Shown: positions 16,770-25,461 of the stretch, piece by piece
Layout: each line of letters opens with the position of its first letter
How positions within the stretch are numbered: the first letter of the stretch is position 1
Virus record (IMG/VR): IMGVR_UViG_2740891816_000001
Span: 1,621 to 65,620 of that record
Origin: a virus
Taxonomy: Duplodnaviria > Caudoviricetes
DNA length: 64,000 bases
Reading direction: 5' to 3' (one strand)
The notes under the pieces: model-generated
The model's database searches: none
Seen by the model: only the letters and a program-made list of their open reading frames with translations
Told to the model about the DNA's origin: nothing
Program-made: the position numbers and the translations under genes

Positions 16770-17759
16770 ATGCAATACACCGTCACGATTAACCAGGTGA
16801 AGGCGTTGGAGTGGGGGCTGAATTCTCAGCAGGCCCTGCTGTTCGCCTTCGTCTACGGCTGCCCGAGCTGGACCAAGCCAATCAAGACTGATGACGGGAT
16901 CTTCTTCGCGCTGAGCAAGGCCAAGATCATCGAGGAGCTACCGCTGCTCACTGACAAGCCGGACACCGCTTACCGCATGCTGAAGGCCCTGGAAGAGGCC
17001 GGTTTGATTGAGCTTTCCAGTACTTCGAACATCACGCTTTTTCGCCTTACCGAGAAGGCCATCGAGTGGAACCAGAAGCTTGATGGGTCGGAAAAATATC
17101 CGACCCCGCCAAAAAACAAAGGTCGGAAAAATATCCGATCTACCTCGGATAAATCTCCGATCAAGGTCGGAAAAAAATCCGAGCAAGGGTCGGATAAATC
17201 TCCGACAAATCAGGATACCAATCATCAGGGTACCAATCAGGGTACCAATCAGGACACCAGTCAGGACTTGCAGGACGCCACCGGCAAGCCGGCTCAGTCC
17301 CGCGGTTTGGTGCTGGTGGTTGATCGTACCGATGCTCCACGGGTTGAAATCCCCGCCGACATGCCTGGCCCCAAAGACCAGACCTGCAAAACCTTCAAGG
17401 TCTGGGCGAACTACGCCATGGCTTACCGCAAACGCTACAGCGCCTGGCCGGTGTGGAACGCCAAGGTCGGTGGTCAGCTCGGCCAACTGGTCGACCGCCT
17501 CGGCGCCGATGTCGCCCACCACGTGGCAGCCCACTTCCTGAAAACCAGTGATGCCACCGTCCTGCGCAAGTGCCACAGCCTCAACGAGCTGCTGGCCAAC
17601 GCCGAGAGTTACCACACTCAGTGGGTGACCGGGCAGCGCATCAACGGCACGACGGCCCGCCAGATGGAACGGACCGAGGCGAACCTCTCCGCAGCCGAGC
17701 AGGCCGCCCAGATGGTTCTGGCCAAGCGCCAAGCAGGTGACCGCAATGAATACCTCTGA
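16770..17759 (+). CDS. Replication initiator (O-like, N-terminal HTH)
   Basis: Position, HTH-like N-terminus, internal iterons. Confidence 0.85.
   Translation: MQYTVTINQVKALEWGLNSQQALLFAFVYGCPSWTKPIKTDDGIFFALSKAKIIEELPLLTDKPDTAYRMLKALEEAGLIELSSTSNITLFRLTEKAIEWNQKLDGSEKYPTPPKNKGRKNIRSTSDKSPIKVGKKSEQGSDKSPTNQDTNHQGTNQGTNQDTSQDLQDATGKPAQSRGLVLVVDRTDAPRVEIPADMPGPKDQTCKTFKVWANYAMAYRKRYSAWPVWNAKVGGQLGQLVDRLGADVAHHVAAHFLKTSDATVLRKCHSLNELLANAESYHTQWVTGQRINGTTARQMERTEANLSAAEQAAQMVLAKRQAGDRNEYL
17088..17205. repeat. Replication origin iterons: 5 x 16 bp TCGGA-N6-TCCGA
   Basis: Copies at 17088, 17123, 17145, 17167 and 17190 inside the initiator gene, as in lambda ori. Confidence 0.85.
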
Positions 17760-18534
17760 AATGAACGACCAGCAGGTCGCCGGGCTGGCCGCTGCCATCT
17801 GCGCGACGGCCGAGGCCATGGGCCAGGAAATGAACCCCGGTACCGCCGCGATGATGGCCGAAGACCTCTGCGCCTACCCGGTGCCTGTCGTCAAAGCTGC
17901 GCTCAAGGCCTGCCGCTTTGAGGTTAAGGGCAAGCTGGCGATGGCCGACATTCTGCAGCGCGTCCAGTCCTCCGATGGGCGCCCGGGCAAGGATGAGGCC
18001 TGGGCTATCGCCATGACCACCAACGACGAATTCGAAACGGTGGTGCTGACCGACGAGATCCAGTTGGCCCTGGCCGCTGCGAAACCCATATTGGACGGCG
18101 GCGACAAAGTCGGCGCGCGCATGGCGTTCATCGACGCCTATCAGCGGTTCGTGTGTCAGGCCCGCGAGGATGCGAAGCCGGTCAACTGGCACGTCTCTGT
18201 GGGCTTCGATGCCAGCCGCCGTATCCAGGCTGTTACCAGGGCCGTGGAGTTGAAGCGTATTCCCTGTGACCGCGGCCAGAAGTACCTGGCAGACCTTAGC
18301 GTTGAGCCGATCACCGAGGATGGTCGTGCCATTGCCGGTCTGCTCACCGGTGCCGTCACCCGGGCAGAGCCGGTACTTCGCCAAAAACTGGAGATCGTGA
18401 AGAGCTCGATGCTGGAAATGCGCAAAGCCAGTGAAGAACGGAAGCTCGAAGTGCGGATTAAAGCGGCCAATGAGTTGGCAGATCGCCGGGCGCTGCTGAT
18501 CCGTCAGGCCCAGGAACTGGAGTCACGACCATGA
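17746..18534 (+). CDS. Replication protein P-like / helicase loader
   Basis: Follows the initiator with overlap; role from synteny. Confidence 0.65.
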   Translation: MNTSEMNDQQVAGLAAAICATAEAMGQEMNPGTAAMMAEDLCAYPVPVVKAALKACRFEVKGKLAMADILQRVQSSDGRPGKDEAWAIAMTTNDEFETVVLTDEIQLALAAAKPILDGGDKVGARMAFIDAYQRFVCQAREDAKPVNWHVSVGFDASRRIQAVTRAVELKRIPCDRGQKYLADLSVEPITEDGRAIAGLLTGAVTRAEPVLRQKLEIVKSSMLEMRKASEERKLEVRIKAANELADRRALLIRQAQELESRP

Positions 18535-18719
18535 AACGAGCAAACCCAGCACAGCTACGCCAATCCCTTGAGGCGGCCAGCGCCCTGGTCAAGCACGGAA
18601 TCCGTTTCGTGTGCATGCCGGTGGTGGATGAGGCCGACGGCGTGAACCTTTCGAGCCAGGCCGCCGAGCGCCTGGAGCGCATGGCATTGATCGCGGAAGC
18701 AGGGGAGAAGCGGGCATGA
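18531..18719 (+). CDS. Phage hypothetical protein
   Basis: ATGA-coupled ORF. Confidence 0.7.
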   Translation: MKRANPAQLRQSLEAASALVKHGIRFVCMPVVDEADGVNLSSQAAERLERMALIAEAGEKRA

Positions 18720-19459
18720 GCGACTACACCGAACTCCAGAAGGTCGCCGCATACGCCGCCCAGGACACAATCAAGTTCGCCGACGAAGACGAGGAAATGC
18801 GCGCGCTCCAGCAGTTCCACGAAGAGGTCGACCCGGAAACGATCCTGGCCCTGATCGCCGAGAACGACTCGACTCGTAAGCACTGGCAGAACGAGTCGAA
18901 CAATGTTCAGGCGCTGATGGCTGAGGTTTTGCGGCTCAATGCCGAGTGCGAGCACGCCAAGCTAATTGGTCGTATCGCTTACAACTTCGACGGCTACAAG
19001 GCGGTACTGGATGAGCGCGACCAACTCCGCGCCGAAATAGCTGGCCTCAAGACCGGCTACGAAGCCTACGAGCCGGTGAATGCTGAGCTGAAGGCTGAGG
19101 TGGAGGCGCTGCGCGACGATCTTGAGCAGAAACACTACGACGCCAACGCTTGGCGAAATGGCGAAGAGTCGGCCTGGATCGAGGTCTTTCACAGCGAAGG
19201 CGATGATCCGTTCATAAGCGCTATCAGCGGTCAGATTACCGTTGAGCAGTTGGCCCTGATCCAGGCTGAGATCCTTGAATATCGGGATGACTATTTCGAG
19301 AAGGGCTCGGGGCTTTACGTTTTCAGGTGTGGCCACTGCCAGGCTCATTACGACAACGTGGGCATGACTGAGCCGGCGCACTGGGAGACTGACTTCGAGT
19401 CGTACAGCCCTTTCCCGTGGGAAGAAGAGGCCGCACTGGGCCAGGGAGAGCAGTCATGA
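18716..19459 (+). CDS. Ead/Ea22-like coiled-coil protein
   Basis: MSDYTELQKVA...DPETILALIAE N-terminus. Confidence 0.7.
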   Translation: MSDYTELQKVAAYAAQDTIKFADEDEEMRALQQFHEEVDPETILALIAENDSTRKHWQNESNNVQALMAEVLRLNAECEHAKLIGRIAYNFDGYKAVLDERDQLRAEIAGLKTGYEAYEPVNAELKAEVEALRDDLEQKHYDANAWRNGEESAWIEVFHSEGDDPFISAISGQITVEQLALIQAEILEYRDDYFEKGSGLYVFRCGHCQAHYDNVGMTEPAHWETDFESYSPFPWEEEAALGQGEQS

Positions 19460-19695
19460 GCTACGCCAAGCCAGAAAGCTACACCGAAGCCGATTGGGAG
19501 ATGGTCCAGGGCTACATGCGCGGCAAGGATGATCTGCCACCTCAACGCCGTAGTGCTGCCTACATGCACGGGTATCGCAATGGCGCATCCGATGCGACTG
19601 GCGTTCCGCACGAGCGCGCCAATGTCCTGATCCGTCGGGCCAACATGATTCCAGGCATCACACCAATGGAACCGATCGGTACGGGTGACCAGTAA
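19456..19695 (+). CDS. Phage hypothetical protein
   Basis: ATGA-coupled, 79 aa. Confidence 0.65.
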   Translation: MSYAKPESYTEADWEMVQGYMRGKDDLPPQRRSAAYMHGYRNGASDATGVPHERANVLIRRANMIPGITPMEPIGTGDQ

Positions 19696-20165
19696 TGACC
19701 GACAAGATCAGCGTCAACTGCCAGGCCAAGCTCTCCGAGGCCATCACTTGCCTAACCACCATGTACCGCGACAAGAAGTTCGTTGTGGTCTCGCTTCGAC
19801 CTGGCAAGGACCGCACGCTCGACCAGAACGCCCTGTGGTTCGCGATGTACAGGCGCATATCCGAGATGACCCAGATAGGCGACGCGGCCGACGCCCGTCG
19901 CTACTGCAAATTGCACTTCGGTGTGCAGATCCTGCTGAACGAGGACGCCGGGTTCCAAGCTGAGTGGTATCGGGTTATGCGCCATCTGCCCTACGAAACG
20001 AAGCTGGCCATGATGGGGGAGTGCCATTTGTTCGGCCCGGATGGCTTCCCGGTGACCAGCCTGTTCAATCGCGCCCAGGGCGTCCAGTACACCGATCGCA
20101 TGGCCAATTACTTCACCGGCCAGGGCGTTGTCTTTGCCGATCTGCTGAGCAAGGAGGCCGCATGA
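19695..20165 (+). CDS. ninB: NinB-like recombination protein
   Basis: RTLDQNALWFAMY motif; nin region. Confidence 0.7.
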   Translation: MTDKISVNCQAKLSEAITCLTTMYRDKKFVVVSLRPGKDRTLDQNALWFAMYRRISEMTQIGDAADARRYCKLHFGVQILLNEDAGFQAEWYRVMRHLPYETKLAMMGECHLFGPDGFPVTSLFNRAQGVQYTDRMANYFTGQGVVFADLLSKEAA

Positions 20166-20374
20166 GCCCATTCAAGGAAAGCCCAGAGTTCACGCGCCAA
20201 CGGGAAATCGATGAGGCTCGCTGCCGTGCGTATGAGGCTTACGTTTCGCCATGGATGAACCGAGCTGCGCGCCGAACTGCAAGGGGCCGCATGCTGGTAG
20301 CGCAGGGAGAGGCGGCAGCGATGAAGGCCGAGATTGAAGTGCTGCGTCGCCAGGTTGAGGAGATGAGCGCATGA
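20162..20374 (+). CDS. Phage hypothetical protein
   Basis: ATGA-coupled on both sides. Confidence 0.6.
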   Translation: MSPFKESPEFTRQREIDEARCRAYEAYVSPWMNRAARRTARGRMLVAQGEAAAMKAEIEVLRRQVEEMSA

Positions 20375-20952
20375 GCCTCTCCGTGAAACAACCCAAGCCC
20401 AAGACCTGCAAGAACCCAGCATGCAGGGCCTCATTCGTCCCGCAGCGCCTCGGGCAGAACGTCTGCAACTACACCTGCGGCCTGGTCATCAAGGACGTCC
20501 ACCAGGAGAAGGCGCGCAAGTCGCTGGCCCAGGTTGAGCGCCGCGAGATCAAGGTCCGCAAGGAGAAGCTGAAGAGTAGGGCGGATCATGCGCGCGACAC
20601 GCAGAAAGCATTCAACGAATGGGTGCGCCTACGAGACGCCGATCTGCCTTGCGTGAGCTGTGGTCGCCACCACGACGGCCAATATCACGCGGGGCATTAC
20701 AGGACAGTCGCAGCCAACCCGGAGATCCGATTCGAGCCTTTGAATGTCCACAAACAATGCGCCCCCTGCAATAACCACAAGTCGGGCGACATTGTGAATT
20801 ACCGCATTGAGTTGGTGAAGCGGATCGGCGCCGAGGCCGTGGAGTGGCTTGAAGGTCCTCATGAGGCCAAGAAGTACACCGTCGATGAGTTGAAGGCGAT
20901 CACCGCCGAATACCGGGCAAAAACCAGAGAGCTGAAGAGGGCTGCAGCATGA
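20371..20952 (+). CDS. ninG: NinG/Rap recombination endonuclease
   Basis: Q.AFNEWVRLRD, CVSCG, AGHYR, RF...N.HKQC..CN. Confidence 0.92.
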   Translation: MSLSVKQPKPKTCKNPACRASFVPQRLGQNVCNYTCGLVIKDVHQEKARKSLAQVERREIKVRKEKLKSRADHARDTQKAFNEWVRLRDADLPCVSCGRHHDGQYHAGHYRTVAANPEIRFEPLNVHKQCAPCNNHKSGDIVNYRIELVKRIGAEAVEWLEGPHEAKKYTVDELKAITAEYRAKTRELKRAAA

Positions 20953-21215
20953 CGCAGATTGCGCAAATCACTGGCGGCGCAAGTAGGCCATCAAAGGGCT
21001 GGCTGAAGCCTATGTTCCCGATCACGGGCAAGGCCCACTACTTCAATCAGGAAAAGGAATTCGCTGCGATCACAGCGCAAGGTAGGGCATATTTCTGGCG
21101 CTCGATCTGCGGAATCGACACGGTAAGCACGGACAAAATGCCGATGTTCGAGCCTGGCAACTGGGACCGCTGCAAAAAATGTGAACTGAAATTGGCTCGG
21201 AGGGCCGCAGCATGA
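20949..21215 (+). CDS. Phage hypothetical protein (Cys motifs)
   Basis: Coupled ORF, SICG..RCKKC. Confidence 0.65.
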   Translation: MTQIAQITGGASRPSKGWLKPMFPITGKAHYFNQEKEFAAITAQGRAYFWRSICGIDTVSTDKMPMFEPGNWDRCKKCELKLARRAAA

Positions 21216-21757
21216 CCTATCGAAATGTTGTTTCAGCAGTAGTTCGGGCGCTGGCCGCCGAGACCATCAACTCCGCCGGCGGCTGCGACTTCGAGCCCAA
21301 GGTGCAGTGCGCCAAGCAGAAGGGGGAGATCGTCGGCAAGGAGGCGGCGTTTCTCCAGGACTGCTGGGTGTTCGGTAGGTTGCACAAGTCGCTCACCCCA
21401 GCGCACTGGCGGGCGCTGGTGGCGAAGTACTCAACCCATACCGACCGCAAGCATGCAGCGATCGCGGAGCTGACTCGCGTGATGCGTTCGCCTGCGCCGG
21501 AGCGGTTCCTGCATTGCGCTGTGGTTACCTGGGCAATGCCTCGGTTGCCAGGCGTGGACGGGAAGCGCTCCACCAACGTCCTACCGGCCGGCTGGTACGA
21601 GATGGACAACTGGTCAAACGAACCGCATCCGATTAAGACCCAGGAGCGGTGGAGGCGTGACATTCGCAAGGCGCTGGAGCGGGAAGTGGATCAGGCTTTG
21701 GTGTCCGCTCAAGCCCTGCTGGATGCGGATGGACTCATTGATACACAAGCCGCTTGA
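21212..21757 (+). CDS. Late antiterminator Q-like protein
   Basis: Last nin-region gene, followed by a promoter and terminators. Confidence 0.65.
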   Translation: MTYRNVVSAVVRALAAETINSAGGCDFEPKVQCAKQKGEIVGKEAAFLQDCWVFGRLHKSLTPAHWRALVAKYSTHTDRKHAAIAELTRVMRSPAPERFLHCAVVTWAMPRLPGVDGKRSTNVLPAGWYEMDNWSNEPHPIKTQERWRRDIRKALEREVDQALVSAQALLDADGLIDTQAA

Positions 21758-21783
21758 CGACGAGTGAGCCAATGAGCCATTAT
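21754..21783 (+). promoter_or_regulatory. pR'-like late promoter TTGACG-18-CATTAT with a TGAGCCA direct repeat in the spacer (candidate Q-binding element)
   Basis: Position after Q; repeat lies between -35 and -10 as for lambdoid Q-binding elements. Confidence 0.55.
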
Positions 21784-21821
21784 CTGCCCATCCTGTCATT
21801 CCTGCGTGTGTAGGAGTTAGG

Positions 21822-21898
21822 AAAAAAGCCCGGCCACTGTGTCGGGCTTTTTTATGCCTGCCAGAAACGCAAAAGCCCCGACAAGTTCGGGGCTTTTT
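21822..21898 (+). terminator. Two tandem terminators (tR'-like; 21822-21853 and 21871-21898), both bidirectional-looking
   Basis: GC stems flanked by A and T tracts. Confidence 0.8.
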
Positions 21899-22047
21899 CG
21901 TTGGTGCGAGAAAAGAGAGGGCGACTCCAGGAAGTGTCTGACCACTTCCTGTAGTCACCAGATCGCAGAACCAGCCTGCAAGCCAGCCAAGGCCCCCTTG
22001 CTCTCGAGAGCGGGACGGAGCCTAGCAGAAATCAAAAGGCATTGCAG

Positions 22048-22206
22048 ATGTTGAAAGAATTCAGATGCGGTAACTGCAAAAGACTTCTCGCCCGAACGGG
22101 TGGGTTTACAGAGCTCCAGATCAAATGTTCCCGATGTGGGACGCTGAATCATGTGAAGGCCGCGAGCCTCGAGCAATCGCCCATGAGCGCCATACGCCCA
22201 ATATAG
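22048..22206 (+). CDS. com: Mu Com-like zinc-finger regulator (52 aa; missed by the ORF track)
   Basis: MLKEFRCGNCKRLLAR...LQIKCSRCGTLN read manually. Confidence 0.88.
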   Translation: MLKEFRCGNCKRLLARTGGFTELQIKCSRCGTLNHVKAASLEQSPMSAIRPI

Positions 22207-22244
22207 AGGCCTGAACTTAAATCAGCTCAGTAACGGAGTTTAAA

Positions 22245-23207
22245 ATGGAAAACGCAAACTCAGCGTCTCAAACCTTGCAAGATCTTTGGACTCAAGTGCA
22301 ACCGGTGGATAACACCGGCATGCTTAGGCGCGTAGTTTTTGCTCAAGGCAAGTTCTATGCGGCTGGTGGCAACGGTCTTCCCACAACCACTCAGCTTGTC
22401 AGCGGAAACGCAACTGGTACAGCGTGGACCAAGCTTAAGGGCGTCGTCACCTCTGATAGCGGAAAGGTCCTCAATGACCTGTACTGGAACGGTCTTGGGA
22501 CACAGCTTCAAGCCGTTTCTCAATCCGGCAATGTGGCCTACGGCAGCACAGCACGCCCTGAAAGGGATTGGACAAACATTACGGCAACTGTTCGCGCGTC
22601 CGGAGACTTGCAAGGCATTGTGTATTATCAGCCAATTTCTGGCATTGACACGACCTGGATACTGGTTGGGTCTAACGGTAAAGTCTTTTCCCGTTATGGC
22701 GATTGGTCAGGCCAGGTGGAGCGCACTACGACCTTCACTTCTAGCGAGACTGTGTACTGCGTCAACGTCATTGGCGTTTTTGTGTTGGTTGCGGGATCGA
22801 ATGGGAAGCTGCTTAGCGCTGTGAAGATGGCGACGGAGAATTCGCAATCATTCTCGACCGTAACCAGCACCTTCGGCACTAGCACCATCCTTTCCATGAA
22901 GCTTTGCAACGGGAAAATGTTTATCGTTGGTGCGGATGGCAAGATGGCATATTCATCCGATGGGCTTACCTGGACTGCTGTTGCAGATACCAGTTTCGGT
23001 GGAACCATCATCCGCGACATTGCTTACGGTAATGGCAAGTATGTAGCTGTCGGCGACGGCGGCAAGACAGCCGTTTCCGAGGATGGGATCGGCTGGGTTC
23101 AGCAAGCCAACACTTTCGCAGGAACCGATATCCGGAGCGTCGCCTACGGTAACGGCAATTTTGTAGCTGTTGGTGCAGGCGGCAAGATTGCTTACTGGAC
23201 TCCATGA
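22245..23207 (+). CDS. Seven-bladed beta-propeller protein, no signal peptide
   Basis: Seven ~40-49 aa repeats, e.g. IRDIAYGNGKYVAVGDGGKTAVSEDGIGW; GGAG RBS. Confidence 0.8.
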   Translation: MENANSASQTLQDLWTQVQPVDNTGMLRRVVFAQGKFYAAGGNGLPTTTQLVSGNATGTAWTKLKGVVTSDSGKVLNDLYWNGLGTQLQAVSQSGNVAYGSTARPERDWTNITATVRASGDLQGIVYYQPISGIDTTWILVGSNGKVFSRYGDWSGQVERTTTFTSSETVYCVNVIGVFVLVAGSNGKLLSAVKMATENSQSFSTVTSTFGTSTILSMKLCNGKMFIVGADGKMAYSSDGLTWTAVADTSFGGTIIRDIAYGNGKYVAVGDGGKTAVSEDGIGWVQQANTFAGTDIRSVAYGNGNFVAVGAGGKIAYWTP

Positions 23208-23230
23208 TCTTCTATCTCCTTGCGTAATAG

Positions 23231-23256
23231 AGCCCAGCCGTCGCGCTGGGCTTTTT
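23231..23256 (+). terminator. Terminator AGCCCAGC-loop-GCTGGGCT-T4
   Basis: Stem plus U tract; similar copies near 42238, 58798 and 59218. Confidence 0.8.
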
Positions 23257-23622
23257 CATTTCTGATTCAGGCTCGTCACAGCCAGGGTGGCCTTTCGGGG
23301 GATGCCTGGACGCTGATAAGCCGGTAGTGCAGCGCTACGGAAAAACACCGGCAGCCCGCGCGCTCTGTTCACACCTGACTTCCAGAGTGGCGCGATACCA
23401 GATCAGCGAGATCGATGCATTGGGGTGTCGACGCTGGGAAGGTCTTTGGCTGGCAGCGTGGGAAGACACGCGCACCTATTCAGGGCCTCGACATTGATCG
23501 GGGCCTTCTTGTTTTCGGCCCCGCCACACCCTTCGCTCTGAGCTGGGAGTGCCGCCGGGGCTGATCTATTCCGCAGGTCATGGCCTGTCATATTCATAAC
23601 TCCCTGACGGGGAGGAACCGAG

Positions 23623-23955
23623 ATGTCCAACATGCCAGACAAACCAGACACATGGGCGATTGCGCTTGCGTGGTTGAGCCAGCATTCGCCAATCCTCTAT
23701 GCGGCTGCGCTGTCCTGCGCCATGGCCGTCCTGCGCATCACCTACGGCGGCGGCACGCGGCGCCAGATGCTGGTGGAGGGCGCGATCTGTGGCGGCCTTA
23801 CCTTGACCATCATCAGCGGCCTGGACTTCTTCGGTCTGCCCCAGAGCATGGCCACCTTCGCAGGTGGCTGGGTAGGCTTTCTGGGTGTGGAGAAGATCCG
23901 GTCGATAGCTGACAGGGTGACTGACTTCAAACTGCCCAGTCGCAAGGTCGATTAA
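23623..23955 (+). CDS. Holin, lambda S family, possible dual start (M1-S-N-M4)
   Basis: Three hydrophobic segments, MPDKP start, G.VGFLGVEKIR. Confidence 0.88.
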   Translation: MSNMPDKPDTWAIALAWLSQHSPILYAAALSCAMAVLRITYGGGTRRQMLVEGAICGGLTLTIISGLDFFGLPQSMATFAGGWVGFLGVEKIRSIADRVTDFKLPSRKVD

Positions 23956-23995
23956 TCCGCGCCACGTTTTCGAATGCGCCAAATCGTGGTGCGAT

Positions 23996-24337
23996 CTAGT
24001 CGTGATCGCTATAGGCCGTCACCACCACCGGCTTCACGGGGAACCACAACCACTCGCCGTCTTGAAGCGGTTCATGGAAGCTGCGCGTTACCTCGAACAT
24101 ATGCTCACTTCGTAGATCATGCGAAGGCCTCAGCTCAATTAAGAAGCTCCCCGGCCAATTTGAGAACGGAGCGGTTCGAATCCCTAGCCAGCCCGACCTC
24201 TGGACAATTGCGCCAGTGTTGTCTGCGCCCGCATAGAGTGACCGCTCGCCAGGGGCGAAATGAAACTGGACGTCGGTTAGCTGCTCTGGCTCAACATTTT
24301 CGGTGTGAATGACAATCCCGGCCTTGTTGTGATCCAT
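23996..24337 (-). CDS. Hypothetical moron (113 aa)
   Basis: Opposite-strand ORF between holin and the next late gene. Confidence 0.5.
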   Translation of the reverse strand: MDHNKAGIVIHTENVEPEQLTDVQFHFAPGERSLYAGADNTGAIVQRSGWLGIRTAPFSNWPGSFLIELRPSHDLRSEHMFEVTRSFHEPLQDGEWLWFPVKPVVVTAYSDHD

Positions 24338-24430
24338 GCGATTGCACCTTGGTTATGTGTCGAGACGTATCAATACCGCCGTCGGGCGAGCCAATCAAGT
24401 TATGCGGCGCTTTCAAAAAAGGGGAAGCAG

Positions 24431-24874
24431 ATGACGACCATTGCCTACAAGGACGGCGTGATCGCCTATGACTCTCGCTGCACACGCGGAACGACCATCA
24501 CTGATGACGACTGCGAGAAGCTGCAGACGGTGAAGGGTGTCCATTTCCTTTGTACCGGTGCGACCTGCGACTTCGATGCATTGATCGCGGCCTATTTTGG
24601 CACTGCCGCGTCGGCACCCGTTGAGGCATCCGGCTACGCGATAGATGGCGGCACGCTCTGGCTGATCGGCCATGACGATAAGACTGGTTTCTGGAAGAAC
24701 AGAATCAGACTTGATCGTTCTGACGCTATTGGCAATGGATCGCCATTCGCCCTTACCGCAATGGACATGGGTGCAACTGCTGCCGAAGCCATTGAGATGG
24801 CCAAGAAGCGGGACACATGCACTGGCGGCACGATCCGAACATTAGTAGTCGGAGCACCGTCTGTGGTGAGTTGA
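24431..24874 (+). CDS. Proteasome-beta/HslV-like Ntn hydrolase
   Basis: M-TTIAYKDGVIAYDSR N-terminal Thr; IGNGSPFA..AMD.GA.A.EA...A...D..TGG. Confidence 0.8.
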   Translation: MTTIAYKDGVIAYDSRCTRGTTITDDDCEKLQTVKGVHFLCTGATCDFDALIAAYFGTAASAPVEASGYAIDGGTLWLIGHDDKTGFWKNRIRLDRSDAIGNGSPFALTAMDMGATAAEAIEMAKKRDTCTGGTIRTLVVGAPSVVS

Positions 24875-24917
24875 AGGGTGCTATCGTTACGCCACCTCTT
24901 CTCTCGGGTGACCGGCC

Positions 24918-25184
24918 ATGGCTACTGGCGTGCTGATAAGAAATTGCATTGATGTACAGTTCGACAACGTTTCAATGGATGGTATGGATACCGCATTTGA
25001 GATTTATGACTCTGACGACATCAGGATGAATGACATTCGACTTGAGTCGACTCGAACAGCGGTAGTTGGTGAGCGAGTCAGAGGTCTGACTGTGAATGGT
25101 ATGTCGCATAGCCAGGCGGGTTGGTATCCAAGGCCTACTCCTCTAGCGGTCGCCGTGAGGAGGATCGCTCATGGCTATGTTTGA
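24918..25184 (+). CDS. Mini right-handed beta-helix-like protein (3 x 22 aa coils)
   Basis: TGVLIRNCIDVQFDNVSMDGMD / TAFEIYDSDDIRMNDIRLESTR / TAVVGERVRGLTVNGMS. Confidence 0.65.
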   Translation: MATGVLIRNCIDVQFDNVSMDGMDTAFEIYDSDDIRMNDIRLESTRTAVVGERVRGLTVNGMSHSQAGWYPRPTPLAVAVRRIAHGYV

Positions 25185-25434
25185 TCTCAAGGACTCTGAA
25201 GATATAAAACTAACCGAGTGCCATACCGACTCATCAAAATTAGTTCAGGGTGAGGGGGTGAAACGGCTTGAGGTTACTGACTCTTCCGCGTTTGCAACGA
25301 GGCCAGATTCTCCATTGCCGCCCAAGCGCTCCATCCTTCGGTTCTTTGCCGAGAACCTTTTAACATCTCTTCTTGGTCTAGTCGTGGCTTTGATTGCCGG
25401 GTATCTCTTATGGAGGCTTGGCTGGACCGGGTAA
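25171..25434 (+). CDS. Paralogous beta-helix-like protein with a C-terminal TM anchor
   Basis: FDLKDSEDIKL aligns with FEIYDSDDIRM; LLTSLLGLVVALIAGYLLW TM. Confidence 0.65.
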   Translation: MAMFDLKDSEDIKLTECHTDSSKLVQGEGVKRLEVTDSSAFATRPDSPLPPKRSILRFFAENLLTSLLGLVVALIAGYLLWRLGWTG

Positions 25435-25461
25435 GCAACAACTAAAATGAAGGAGGGGGGG

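Noticed and set aside
17088-17270. CRISPR-like array
   Set aside because: Short 16-bp repeats with 6-19 bp gaps inside the initiator ORF are iterons; no cas genes. No CRISPR array was seen anywhere in the window
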